A stretch of DNA of 63,844 bases, filler included, from Chiloscyllium plagiosum (GCF_004010195.1; 6 parts of one record of this genome joined end to end with filler, not necessarily neighbours in it); one strand, 5' to 3'. Counted from the first letter of the whole stretch, positions 51,775 to 63,654 are shown. Translations and numbers: made by a program. The notes: a model not told the origin generated them from the sequence alone.

Positions 51775-52260
51775 CTCCCCTTTCCTTATCGCTCACGTCT
51801 GACTCAACCTGCTTCATTTACAATTGAATTCTTGCCAATTCTATAGATTCTGATGGTTTCTCCAGCAAATTTAATGCTGTGCTACTGCTGTAATTATTCA
51901 TCCTTTCCTCACAACCGCAGACACTTTCAATTGCAGCTTCTCTGCTAATTCTTGCAACTTGTTGCTATTCACCGCATCCACATACAGATAACTTTTTGTC
52001 GAGTAAAAGAGCCATTACTTTCCCAAATTCTGTCTACCCAACTGAACCAAAACCTGAAATAATGACACTCGCATCGGCCACGCGCTGCTTTAAATGCCGG
52101 AGGAGTCCTAGGAGGTGTCTTCGGTGAAAATTACCTTGACTAAGTTAGCTTGGTTGACTACTAGATATTAAAACAGACAAAATGTATTCCCAAAATTACA
52201 CAACCAAACACAAAGAACAGAATGAAGGACTCCCACAGAACTCAGTTTATTCAAACTAGA
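51775..52260 (-). mobile_element. Possible Gypsy-type LTR retroelement leader and gag N-terminus remnant
   Basis: Minus strand MALLL... followed, after a frameshift, by NKLQELAEKLQL.V..VRKG. Short similarity only. Confidence 0.35.
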
Positions 52261-55200
52261 CGTTTTCGTGCTGTTCTGAATATACACAACGGTCCCAATA
52301 ATGAAGCTCCATTGCTGGGGTTGAGGACGGTAATGATAAAGATAAACTGCACCAGAAAAAGGAGCAAGTGAAGGGGTTAATCAAGGAATGGCAGAACGAG
52401 TGGAAGATGTTCCAGGAGGCAGTGGAAAAAAAAAACAGAATCACAAAAAGGAGAAATTGGAAGAAGAACTCAGTTTACAGCGGACAGTACACGGGCAAAA
52501 ACAGCATGAGGAGTTTCTCAACAATAAAAAGAGTGTTGAAGGGTGTCAAAGGGAAAATGACCCATGGAAGTGGCAAAAGGAAGTAGCGCGTTCAGAGGAG
52601 GACCATAAGGCAACCAGCAGAAGACTGATGGGATGACTTGGAGATGGAATCAGGATGAATACCAGAAGGAAACTCCTTGGATTAGCATGATAGCAGGGAG
52701 AAAGAGCTCCCACATGTAAAAAGAATGATGTTTTCGCTCATACGAAAGTTGGGAGGGAGTCGGACAGTCACGATATATTCCCTAGGGACCCAGGATCTGG
52801 ATGGGCTGAGAAATCCATTGCCCAGTATACATGAATGTGGAGGGTAGTGGATTAAAACCTTTGAAGATGGTTAAAGTATTTGGAAAATTTCACTTGTGTG
52901 TGCGAGAGTGCGAGAGACAGACAGAGAGACTGACTCAGCTTTGATTTCCTGCAGCTTGCCGAATGGTTAAACCTTTGTGCTCTAGTTTGACTGCATGTTT
53001 GTTTGTTGGTGATTGAATTTTTGTGATTTTTTTTCCTGGACCTCGAGATCCAGGAGTGATGTGAATTTAATTTGCACTTTGGGAATTTAAGGTGATATTT
53101 TGTAAAGTTTTTTTTTAAGTAGCCATGAATGCTTATGAAACAAAGGTTGTGTAAATTAAAATGATATAAATGAAATATTAACCCACAATTTCTTCTTACA
53201 GACCGTGACTGCTCTACTGTTAATTTCCAACTGGGTACAGTTTATGTTTACATAAAAGCCAACCTTATTTAAATTTGAATCAGTTCAATATGGAGGGTGA
53301 TGACATTTCAATTTGACACCGGTATGAGCCTGCTCTCAAAACCCTCATTATTTGAAGCCATTGCCAAATTTCAATTTGACCCCTTTTTGATCTCATTGGT
53401 TTAATCAAAGATTTGAATAAAGGCAGTAAGCGCAGTAGCCCTGTAAAACCTGGCCTCAGCAGGTGCCTGCTTTTTTAAATAATAATCCAGAAGTAACATT
53501 GAGAAAAATCACCTCAGCCTTTAACATTTGCTTATTTAGTGGAGAAATTACATGAACTTTATGCAATTTAGTTTATTTAAAAACACGGAGCTGGAAGTAT
53601 AACGATAGATCCCAAATATCCCAAACGAACAACTTTTTTTTCCCCCGAAAATGATACTGGCAGATTTTTTTTGTTTGTTTGTTTAGGACTCGTATGTCTC
53701 CATTCAATCTAAAGACTGCTGCAGCTCATTGGTGATTATGGAGTGCCAGTTGTAGTTTTATTCTGCATAAATTTTCCGCCCTCACTGAGAAGTGAAGCTT
53801 TGGTTGAACATTGAGTTATGAAAATCACAAACAAAAATTAATATCTTATTTTAAAATCTGTTTGGATTCGGCCATTATTTGTGCATGAGAAGTATTTTGT
53901 TACCATGCGAGTGGACAGGACGTTTTATTGCAGCTGCATTCACTTTACAGCTTTTTAACGTTGTAATTATGCAATGACGGGTCAAAACCGCTTAAGGTAC
54001 CATATCTGGGATTTAAATTAAGGGACTGGACCCAAGTAACTATATTGGTTTTTATAAATGATTTTCCACTCTGTATTAATCACTTATAAAATGTATTATT
54101 TACTGCCTCAGTTTCCACCTCTGAGTTACACCGATTTGTTATATCAGTTATTATTTTTAAAGGCCCAATTGTGTTCGCCCTGAATCACAAAACCGGAATC
54201 CGTTGTGAGGTTTGATTGGTTTTATACATTTTCACATTTCCATTGATCTGTGTCATTGCCTCGTGGTTATTTTGAAGCATGGCTGCATTGAGTAATTATT
54301 AATTAAAGAAAGGAAAGTTAAAGCGGATATGAAACAAAAATATATCTTCCTGATCAGTTGAAGGAATTCTGCATGTGATCCGGTAATAGAGGCTTGTCCA
54401 CCTGATCGAACTCCCCAAAGCTGGGAGAAGCTAAAGGCTGAGTCTGAAAGGACAGATTAAAAAGAAAGGGAAAAGAAGAAACAGTGTAAGGCCACTAGGG
54501 CTCAGGAATGTGAATTAGGGTGAAAGCAACAATGCTGTTTTAAAAAAAAAACAATCCTCAAAATTCGGAGCCTATGTCAGGCACACCTATCCTATTTGAG
54601 GATGGTGATTCCACTGATGGGGATTTTATTCCAGGATACCCACTGAGCTCCTAACAATTTCTGATTCTCCCCAGAAAACCGCCTCATTACAGTCTTTCCT
54701 TATTTTGAAAATGAAACGTCCAGTCTTCAAAGCCGATATATTGGGGATGAGTGGCCTGAACCATCTGAAACCAGGGGCCATCCCGAGAATCAGAGTAATG
54801 TGAATTAGCATGCCCCGACCACAAGAACAAACTAGCCCAATTTGCTCAGTATGTTCAAAGGATGATACAGATGTCCAGGCAGTAAAATTCTCAGAGTGGC
54901 CTGAATACGCATGGCGTGTGTTATCCGGTTGAAATAAGTGGCCATCTGTCTAACAGAAGAGTTTTACAGCCCTTGAGACAAAAATAATCGAAAAGCTGAC
55001 TCATGCTTGTTAAATCTTATGTTTTTGGTCTGTATTCCTTCTAGTGTTACTGACATGATTCGAAAAACAATATAAAGCAGTTCAGGATTTTACAGTCGCA
55101 AATGAGGTAAATGGTAGTTTCCTATTGGATTGGCCTGAACCAGACTGAAACACGATCGAATTGGCAGGTGAAATCGTATATGCCAAACGCCGTCGTTCTT

Positions 55201-55359
55201 GCCAGTCCTGACAGGGTGGAGTCGGACCAAGACACCCCCGGGGAGGAACCGACCTCAAATTCCCGCCCAGAAGTCATTGCTGAGCAACCCATTCCCGAGG
55301 AGACGCTGAAATGCGGACAGCCAGGCCCCGGTGCTACACTTTTGGGTCGGGGTTCACGA

Positions 55360-55620
55360 CAGCGTATTACATCCTGTCACAATGCGGGATATACGCTCAG
55401 TATCATGCTAGAAAGAGAACATCAAACCCCATAGGACACAGACCAGTGCCCAAAGGACCTTTCAAACATTTGTTGATTGACAATGTGAACATTTTAAAGA
55501 TAGTGAGAGGGAAAATATGCACGTTGGTGGTGATTGATAGATTTAGTGAATAGGTAGTGGCAACATCCTCTGAAGGCGCAGGTTCTGGAAGCGTTGTGAC
55601 ATTTTAATCAAGTGAACTAA
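55360..55620 (+). pseudogene. Retroviral integrase fragment
   Basis: C.IYAQYH..K....PIGHRPVPKGPFKHLLID...VRGK..LVVIDRFSE*V: decayed zinc-finger CxxC and first catalytic-core strands; in-frame stop. Confidence 0.82.
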
Positions 55621-55639
55621 GGTCAATGAGATAGGAATG

Positions 55640-56740
55640 CCACAATGTAATTATGGATTGCAGAATAAAGCGCTGCCTTGTAATCGACCCATTTTACCTC
55701 ACCTGTCCAACAAATACGCCCTAATGCCCTTATTGGTATATGTTGTAACAGGCATCTCCCCAATATGATCAAAGTGAACACATCCCAAAATGTAATTACA
55801 GTATACCTCGCTCTGCCTTCAAAGTCAACGGTACATTACCAATACAGGCCCTGGCCCTCGATCACCAGTTTGGATTTGAATGCTTCACGAGGCGTAGTAA
55901 CGTCCTGATTGGCCAATGTGTAGGAAAGTGCACCTGGACATGGGCCTAGTGACTGTTGCAGGTGTCCTACCTGCAGATACTGCGTTGAATGCCCAGCTTG
56001 TCTCGTTAACCGATACTTCGTTGTTTTGTGGCATGGAAGAAGGATTGATGCCAACACTTCCCCTGCAATTCCGAGGCACCAGCACGCTAGTTATGCTACT
56101 AAAAAAAATTGTTATTACACTGAAGGATCAGTTTGACACACCACTTTAACAGATACTGCTTTGAAACAGGAAAGATTATGTACCTGACTAAGAGATCGGC
56201 ATTGACAGTATAGGGCAGCCAAGAGACATCCCTCATGAATTCAAGCCCAGAAACCAGATTGCTGCGGGCTGGGAAATACTTTTCCTTTTGATTGGTTTTA
56301 GGAAAAATGCTGAATGGATTAATTGTATTTACTATCACCAGAAGACATTTACTTACTACACCAATGATGCCCACTCAATATTAGTTGAGCAGTTGAATGC
56401 AACCAGCAGAATGGCGTGGAAAAATAGGCAGACCTTGGTCTGTCTTTTGGCTGAGAAAGGCGGCCTCGGTGAAATGTTTGTGGAACATCTCTGGAACTTC
56501 ATACCTAATAACATTAGTCCTGAAGGGTCGTTTCCTCAGGCTGAGAAATCTGAACAGAGAGGTTAAGGAGAATGCAGGATCTCATCATCGTTCTTTGACT
56601 GGTTAGACAGCGTCTTCAGTGTAATGGGGCGGGGGGTAACTTGGTTCCCCAAGATTGGATTCGTTGCTGCTAGCGTGTTAATTTTCCTTGCCGTTGTGCT
56701 ATGCTGTATGTTACTTCTCATCGTGAGCAGCTCTTCGAGG
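55640..56740 (+). pseudogene. Retroviral env (SU C-terminus plus TM) pseudogene
   Basis: DTSLFCG...LPLQFRGTSTLV; IDSIGQPRDIPHEFKPRNQIAAGWE; KNAEWINCIYY; EQLNATSRMAWKNRQTL..LLAEKGG (ISD-like); FIPNN; hydrophobic anchor at ~56655-56710. Confidence 0.85.
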
Positions 56741-58184
56741 TGCATATCTGTTCTCAGTCGTCTCCCATCTCAGAAAAAAAGTTTCAGCGCTCTATTATTA
56801 TGACCCGATATCCACTGAAGTGTAGACGTTATGTGGCGCCACGACATTTTAAATTTTGTTTTGTTTCTTTTTTTAAAATTAAGCTGAGTCTGTAAGGTTT
56901 TCTGGCTATTTTATCAAGTTCTAGACAATGGGGGACGGGTTTCTGGATGGGATACTCCAGGGATAGAGGAAGAACCCTCTGAGAACTGAAGTTCTATTTT
57001 TTTCTGCCCAATTTTCAGGCAGGAGCTACGTGCTTTGAGTTCTGAAGGTCGGCCCTCATTGTATCTATTCTTTGTGCGAGGCCAATAGGTTTCTAATGAT
57101 GAAATATATAGTAAATATGAATATGTAGCTAAAATGTAATACATGTTGTGATGTCGCATTAATTAAAAATAATCCGGGTGGCAGGCTCGAGTCAACCTTG
57201 CATGTCTGCGGCCGGTCAACTGACAAGAAATGAAGAAAGTTGAACACAATGGAACGAGATGGTTTGCAGCAATCCACAAGACAATTGAGGCAGAGTCTGA
57301 TTGTTGAAGTGAATACAATGCAGACTTAGTGTGATTGGTTATGCTTATGTAAAGGGAATGAGGTGTGGCTTTGAGAACAACATAAACATTAGAGTATCCT
57401 TGCTGTTCGCGGGCTTTCGGGGTTGACCAGATGGGCACAGCTTCTGTTTGCAAATGAAGGCTTGTCATCGTGAAGAAATCTCTGCGTCTCCTAGAGGTTC
57501 CTAATAACGTCTACCAACAACAACACTTTCCTCCTGGTCTGACACATTCACTCACTCTCTCACCCACGGTCGTTACCTCCTTCCTGGTCTCACTCGTTTG
57601 ATCATTTCCCCTTCCGGAATCCGTTGTTCATTCCCCACTTCTCTTCTGCTCTCAAACATTTACCAGCTCTCTCCAAACACGGCACGGTCGCTCCCTCCCT
57701 CATGGACTCCCTTGTTCACTCACTCCGTTTCAGCCAGGCCCGCTCGTTCCCTCCTCCTTGGTCATGCTCATTCGCTCGCACTNNNNNNNNNNNNNNNNNN
57801 NNNNNNNNNNNNNNNNNNNNNNNNNNTTAATTAATTAANNNNNNNNNNNNNNNNNNNNNNNNNNNNNNNNNNNNNNNNNNNNCAAGAATAGTTATGAAAA
57901 TATTTAAAAATGCAGACTGGTGGCAAGAACTCCAGATCAAAGAGGAACACAACACAACAGATACAAAACAAGCCCTGTTCATTGTAAAATAGCCCAAGTA
58001 ATAAACACTTACCACCTGTTGTTAACACCCCATAACCTAGACTGACCGAGATGTAGACAAAAACAGGAAGTCCCCCTTCCTCTGAAGCTGATGAAATAAG
58101 TAAATTAAGTATTTAAACAGAACAAAGTGCAGCATAATAATCTAAACTGCATAGAAGCTCTTCAGCCACATTCTCAAACAGAAT

Positions 58185-58455
58185 CCATCAAATTCAGCAC
58201 CGCCTTCCTAACCTGCAATCTTCTTCCCGACCTCTCCGCCCCCCCCCCAGTCTGACCTATCACCCTCACCTTGTCCTCTTTCCACCTATCACATTTCCGA
58301 CGCCCCTCCCCCCAGTCCCTCCTCCCTATCTTTTATCTTGGCCTGCTGGACCAACTTCCCTCATTCCTGAAGAAGGGCTAATGCCCGAAACGTCGATTCT
58401 CCTGTTCCCTAGATGCTGCCTGACCTGCTGCGCTTTTCCAGCAACACATTTCCAT
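58185..58455 (+). mobile_element. PLE-derived terminal repeat with intact family A hammerhead (58363-58398)
   Basis: Pyrimidine-rich leader, then AUUC-CUGAAGA-A-GGGC uaau GCCC-GAAA-C-GUC-GAUU and the shared GATGCTGCCTGACCTGCTG tail. Confidence 0.82.
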
Positions 58456-58997
58456 CTGCTGCAGGACTTTGATGAAGGAGCAACAATATATGTTTACGTT
58501 AGAACCATGCATGTATTGGTGACAAACTTGGAACTGATGGTATTCCTGGTCTTATTTAACTAGATGGAGAAGATCACAAGTGGATTGTGCTACTGAAGAA
58601 ACCTTGGTTACTGTTATTCTTGATATTGGATAATTAAACAATTAGTCTTTTTTATATTAAATTGAAATAGCAAATAAGGCAGATAGAAAGTAAGTACATC
58701 AATATGTAGAGCTAAGGCACAAATTCAAATTTGTCTTGCCACACTGAATGTTCTGTTGACATCTGGTTCATCATGTTTAAATGGATGTGAAATGCACCAA
58801 AGCAAATCAAATACCTCCCTGTTAGGATCAAGAAATCTGGACATCTAAAGGCTTTAAAAACTCTGCAAAAGAAAAAGCCATTGACCATTATTGCATTAAA
58901 TATTTTTGTGAAATATGATCATGGGTTATGAAATGTTCACAGGAAGCTTAAAGAAGTGACGTTCCACTGTTTCACACATCATCCGTACAATCCTAAC

Positions 58998-59327
58998 TGT
59001 GGAAACAGATCATTTGCCCCATCAAGTCCACACTGTCTGAAAAGTGGCCAGACTCACCCTGCTACCCTATCCCTGTAACACTGCATTTCCTATGGCTAAT
59101 CCACCTAACCTACACATCCCTGGACACTATGGGCAATTTAGCATGGCCAGTCCACTTAATGTGCACATCCTTGGACTGCGGGTCGAAACTGGAGCATCCA
59201 CGGAAACCCACGCAGACACTGGGGGAATGTGCAAACTCCACACAGACGGTTGACCGTGACTGGAATTGAACCTGTCCCTGGCACTATAAGGCAGCAGTGC
59301 TAACCACTGAGCCACCATGCTGTCCTA
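58998..59327 (-). mobile_element. HE1-type SINE
   Basis: Reverse complement of HE1 head (GGCAGCAGTGCTAACCACTGAGCCACC) and V-domain. Confidence 0.9.
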
Positions 59328-59606
59328 GTCAGTAGAAAACAGACAATGTGGTAAGCCAAAAAAATTACTTCAAGTCGATGACCTGGAAAATACATCCAGA
59401 TTGGTTAATCCTGAAGAAATACTATCACTCAAATGCTTGACTGCTTGAAACCGGTTTGAGAATTGATTTTTGCTTTTAGGCTGGAGTGGTTGTGTTTTAC
59501 TTGGAGTCCAGTTGTTAAAGAAGAAAGCAGGATTTTAATATTTCAAACATGTTTCACAATTACCAAATGTGTTAGCTTTGCAGTCATTGAAAGACTTTTC
59601 AATCAG

Positions 59607-59945
59607 CTGGCACTGGGTGACAGTGAATCAGTAGTTATCACTGCCTCAGCGCCAGGGACCTGGGTTTGATTCAGCCTTGAGCCTTGAGTGCCCGTGTGGC
59701 ATTTGCATATACTTCCTGTATCTCTGAATTTCTGCCAGGTGCTCTGATTTCCTCCGACCATAGATATGCAGGTTAGGTGGATGGGCCATGTTAAATTGCC
59801 CCATAGTGTCCAGGAATGTGCAAGCTACGTCGATTTTAGCAATGGTAAATGTAGGATTACAGGGATGAGGTAGGGTGCTCTTTGGGGGGTCACTGCAGAC
59901 TTGATGAGCTGAATGGTGTTTTTCCACACTGTGTAGGGCTTTGAT
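59607..59945 (+). mobile_element. Diverged HE1-type SINE
   Basis: CTGCCTCAGCGCCAGGGACCTGGGTTTGATTC; GCAGGTTAGGTGGAT; TTTCCACACTG tail. Confidence 0.78.
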
Positions 59946-60009
59946 AATGTGAGTAGAGTGGTGATCATTTTGCATATAGTATTGCGTTGTAACCAACAGT
60001 ACGATTAGT

Positions 60010-60275
60010 GACAAGGTAATCTGTTCTTTTGACCTCGACTTGAGAGACAAATATCGGCTAAAACAGATGTTAGCTCCCCTACTCCTCTTTGAAATAATTC
60101 CAGTGGATTTTTTTGTGTCCATCTGAGTGGTGTAGATTAGACCACCATTGAACTTTTAATCAGAAAGGCAGTGCCTCGGTACTGTACTGACATGATGGTC
60201 ATTATTTTTGCAACCTGAGTGGATTGGAATCTGAATCTGGAAACTTGTGACTCAGGAGACAGTTCTACCATTGTG
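60010..60275 (-). mobile_element. Old Deu-domain-like SINE remnant
   Basis: GGATTTTTTGTGTCCATCTGAG...GAAAGGCAGTGCCTC.GTACTGTACTG...TGACTCAG resembles the reverse complement of a DeuSINE core and head; strongly diverged. Confidence 0.5.
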
Positions 60276-60299
60276 CGGAACATTTAATAGTGGCGTTTA

Positions 60300-60615
60300 A
60301 AATGATGGGGGGGTGTTGGAGCTAAGGAAGTGAAAATAAACCATTTCCAGTGGCTGAAGAATCTATAATCACAAAAGGTGATTGGCAAAATTGAAATACT
60401 TTTATTAAATAATGATTTGGAATGCAGTGCCTAATAGGTTAATGGATCCACATTCTGTAGTAGCCTTCAAAAGGGAATGTGCTAAATATTTGAATGAGAA
60501 AAATTGCAGGGATAAGTAGAAGGAGCAACAGGTGAGAAATCATCAGTAGAGGGAATAGGAATGAGTTCAGACTGTGCCAGATGACCTTTCCTGATGAAGC
60601 ACTGTTTTATGGTTC
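60300..60615 (+). mobile_element. Highly decayed CR1 3' fragment
   Basis: IWNAVP..VAFKRECAKYL-like remnant. Confidence 0.55.
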
Positions 60616-61077
60616 TGATTTCTTGGTAGCAAAAATTCATCTATACTAACTGGCATTGATGTTTGTTTTGACTCCGAGACCAAAATTTTTATTCATGAAA
60701 CACAGACTGCACCCTGCTTTATCTAGTACATGCAACTAACTTGCTTCTCACCAAGTATATTCTCTCCAAGTCTGTGCTACCTTGCAGGGCAGAACCAGAA
60801 AAACTCATTGTTTTGCTGATCCTGAGAAAGTGATACAAACTATTCATATCCTTCTAATTAGCATGTATTCTCTAAGGATGAACAAAATAGTGACAGATTT
60901 CTAGAGCGCATTCCAGTTATTGAATAAAAGCTGTCTCGAGCTTGAAGCTGCCATTTATTCAATTTAGGGCATTTCCTAACCTTGGAGACAAATTCTTCCT
61001 CCAGGTCATTGCGTCGCTAGCCATGCCTATTGATTTATCAACAATTTCTGTTGCACAACAGCAATGTGTACTTAGCG

Positions 61078-61538
61078 AGTTTTGAGAAGATTTGTAGCGG
61101 AGGCTAAGGTTTTGGATGTAGGTTTGCTCGCTGAGCTGGAAGGTTCATATCCAGACGTTTCATCACACTAGGTAATATCTTCAGTGGGTCTCCGGGCAAA
61201 GCACTGCTGATGATTCCTGCTTTCTATTTCCTTGTTTTGGTTTTTTGTGGTGATGTCATTTCCTGTTGTTTTTCTCAGGGGGTGATAGATGGCATTCCAC
61301 CAAAACACTCTCAACAAGCACACAGAATTAGACCCCATCTATCACCCCCTGAGAAAAAGAACAGGAAAGACATCACCACAGGAAATGACGTCGCCAACCC
61401 AAAGAATCCCAAACATGTTAATAGAAAGCAGGAATAATCTGCAGTGCTTCGCCAGGAGACCCACTGAAGATGTTACCTAGTAGTGAAATGAAATGTCTGG
61501 AAATGAACCTTCCAGCTCAGCGATCAAACCTACATCCA
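61078..61538. mobile_element. Fold-back Penelope-like element related to family B; arms 61113-61292 / 61335-61538, hammerhead motifs at 61151-61187 (-) and 61461-61500 (+)
   Basis: Arms are reverse complements with indels; NKHTELDPIYHPLRKR remnant; shares the GAAGATTTGTAGC terminus with ~19999. Minus motif: CCA-CUGAAGA-U-AUUAC..GUGAU-GAAA-C-GUC-UGG. Confidence 0.8.
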
Positions 61539-62310
61539 CAATGTGTGTTAATTTTAGTCAGAATAGGTGGTATGATGGCCAAATGATATTAACATTTTAA
61601 CCTGGATACCTAGATTAATAGTCACGCTTTGGGGACCTGGGTTCAAAACCTGCCATGGCAGATGGCATAAAAATCTGACATTAAAAATCTAATGAAACCA
61701 CAGTGATTGTAGAAAAAAAATGTCTGGTTCACTCATGTCCATATAGGGAAGATATCTGTCATGCTTAGCCTGGTCTGACCTATGTGTGACTCCAGACCAT
61801 AGTAATGTGGTTGACTCAACTGCTGTCAAAGGGCCTAGCAAATCTTTTAGTTGTAAAAATTGCTACTGTCTTTAAAAAAAGTCATGAGACTGAACAGATC
61901 ACTTGGCATAGACCTAGACACTCAGAACGATGATGGGAAAAGCAGCCCAGTTTACTGTGCAAAAGTTCTCTTTATTAAGATCTGGATCTAGTGCCAAAAT
62001 TGGGAGTGCTTTCTGACAGACTAGTCAAACAGCAGCCTGATGTAGTCATACTCAGGGAATGATACCTTATAGACCAGTGTCCTGGATATCGCTATCATAA
62101 TCCCTGGAGATGCCCTGTGCTACCGACGTAATAGGTCTAGCAGAAGTGATGGCAGAGTGGTATAATTTCAGGATGGAGTTGCCATGGGAGTTTTCCACAG
62201 TGACTCTCGATACCAGGAATTTCCATGGCATCAAGTCAAACATGAAAATCTTTTACTGATTGCCATGTACTGTCCTCTTTGCCTGGTGAAGTAGTGATCT
62301 TTTGTGTTGA

Positions 62311-62439
62311 GAAAGTGAGGACTACAGATGCTGGAGATCGGAGCTGAAAAATGTTGCTGGAAAAGCGCAGCAGGTCAGGCAGCATCCAAGGAGGAGGAGA
62401 ATTGACGTTTCGGGCATAAGCCCTTCCTCAGGAAGCCCT
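62311..62439 (-). mobile_element. 129-bp family A hammerhead unit with 13-bp target-site duplication
   Basis: TCTTTTGTGTTGA at 62298-62310 and 62440-62452. Minus strand: UUC-CUGAGGA-A-GGGC uuau GCCC-GAAA-C-GUC-AAU. Confidence 0.85.
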
Positions 62440-62619
62440 TCTTTTGTGTTGATAACACTTGGATCTAGCATTGGGGATGGTAAGGGCATGGAATGTATTC
62501 TGGTTGAGGGGGCATTCATATCCACAGAATGCGCTGCACCCCGAGCCAAACTGTTCCAGTATAGCTATGACACTGGCATCTATGTGGAAAGTTGCTCCTG
62601 TAGACAAAGCAGGAGAAAT

Positions 62620-62933
62620 GGGCGGCACGGTGGCACAGTGGTTAGCACTGCTGCCTCACGGCGCCAGAGACCCAGGTTCAATTCCCGCCTCAGGCGACTG
62701 ACTGTATGGAGTTTGCACGTTCTCCCCGTGTCTGCGTGGGTTTCCTCCGGGTGTTCCGGTTTCCTCCCACAGTCCAAAGATGTGCAGGTCAGGTGAATTG
62801 GCCATTCTAAATTGCCCGTAGTGTTAGGTAAGGGGCAAATGTATGGGTGGGTTACGCTTCAGCGGGTCGGTGTGGACTTGTTGGGCCGAAGGGCCTGTTT
62901 CCACACTAATGTAATGTAATGTAATGTAATGTA
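62620..62933 (+). mobile_element. Young HE1-type SINE
   Basis: Complete head, V-domain and tail with (TAATG)n; CpGs largely retained. Confidence 0.94.
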
Positions 62934-63654
62934 AAAAAAAATGCAACCTAGCCAATTACTGTCCATCAGTACAGTGATGGAAGGTGTCATCGACAATACT
63001 ATCAGCAGCACCTGCTGCATAATAATTTGCTCACTGCTCAGTTTGGGTTCTACCAGGGTTATTCAGTTCCTGACATCAAGAACATGGTTCAGACGTGAGC
63101 AAAGGAGCTAAATCCCTCCAGTGAGGTGAGAGTGACAGGCCATGACATCAAGGCTGCATTTGACAGTGTGACATAAAGATTCTCAAGCAAAATTGAAATC
63201 ACTGGAATTGGGGAAAATACTCTTGATAGTTGGAATCATATCTGGCACGTATGAGGATGGCTGTGTTTGTTGGAGTCTGGTATCTCAGTACTAGGAACTC
63301 TCGGTTTTGGGACATCTCAGCTCTCGTATGTCTTTGCAGGGATTTTTCAGGGTAGTGTTTGAGGCCCAGTATCCTTCATCTGCTTCATCAATGTCCGTCG
63401 CTCCATCAAAAGTTCAGAAATTGGGATGTTCTTCAATAATTGCGTAATATTCAGCACCATTCATTACCCTTCAGATACTGAAACAGTTCAATCAGTGTAC
63501 TCTCAATCATCAGTAAAGTAATAGACACTGTTGAGACACCTTCCATCAGGCAGCACCTGCTCAGCAACAACCCTCAGTCACACCCAGTTTAGGTTTCGGC
63601 AGGGTCACTCATCGAATGATTGCAGTGTTCAGTACCATTCGTAATGACTTAGAT

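Larger units (their letters stand above)
52900..57520 (+). mobile_element. Decayed endogenous retrovirus (ERV1/epsilon-like, fish type); outer limits and LTRs uncertain, no RT recognised
   Basis: Integrase and env remnants in order on the + strand; flanks look like leader/LTR but a matching LTR pair was not demonstrated. Confidence 0.55.
61566..63654 (+). mobile_element. Decayed, internally deleted CR1-group LINE with tRNA-like 5' head; APE remnant ~61975-62300, RT remnant ~62945-63480
   Basis: LVPKLG.LSDRLVKQQPDVVIL.E; ANY.P; QFGF.QG; EVRVT.HDIKAAFD; QGSV.GP..F.CFIN. Head resembles the SINE at 28732. Confidence 0.78.

Noticed and set aside
55640..56740. Domesticated syncytin-like env gene
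   Set aside because: In-frame stops and frameshifts, and loss of the TM cysteine motif.
57520..57782. CT-rich loosely repetitive stretch as a third satellite
   Set aside because: Too short and degenerate to define a unit, and truncated by a gap.
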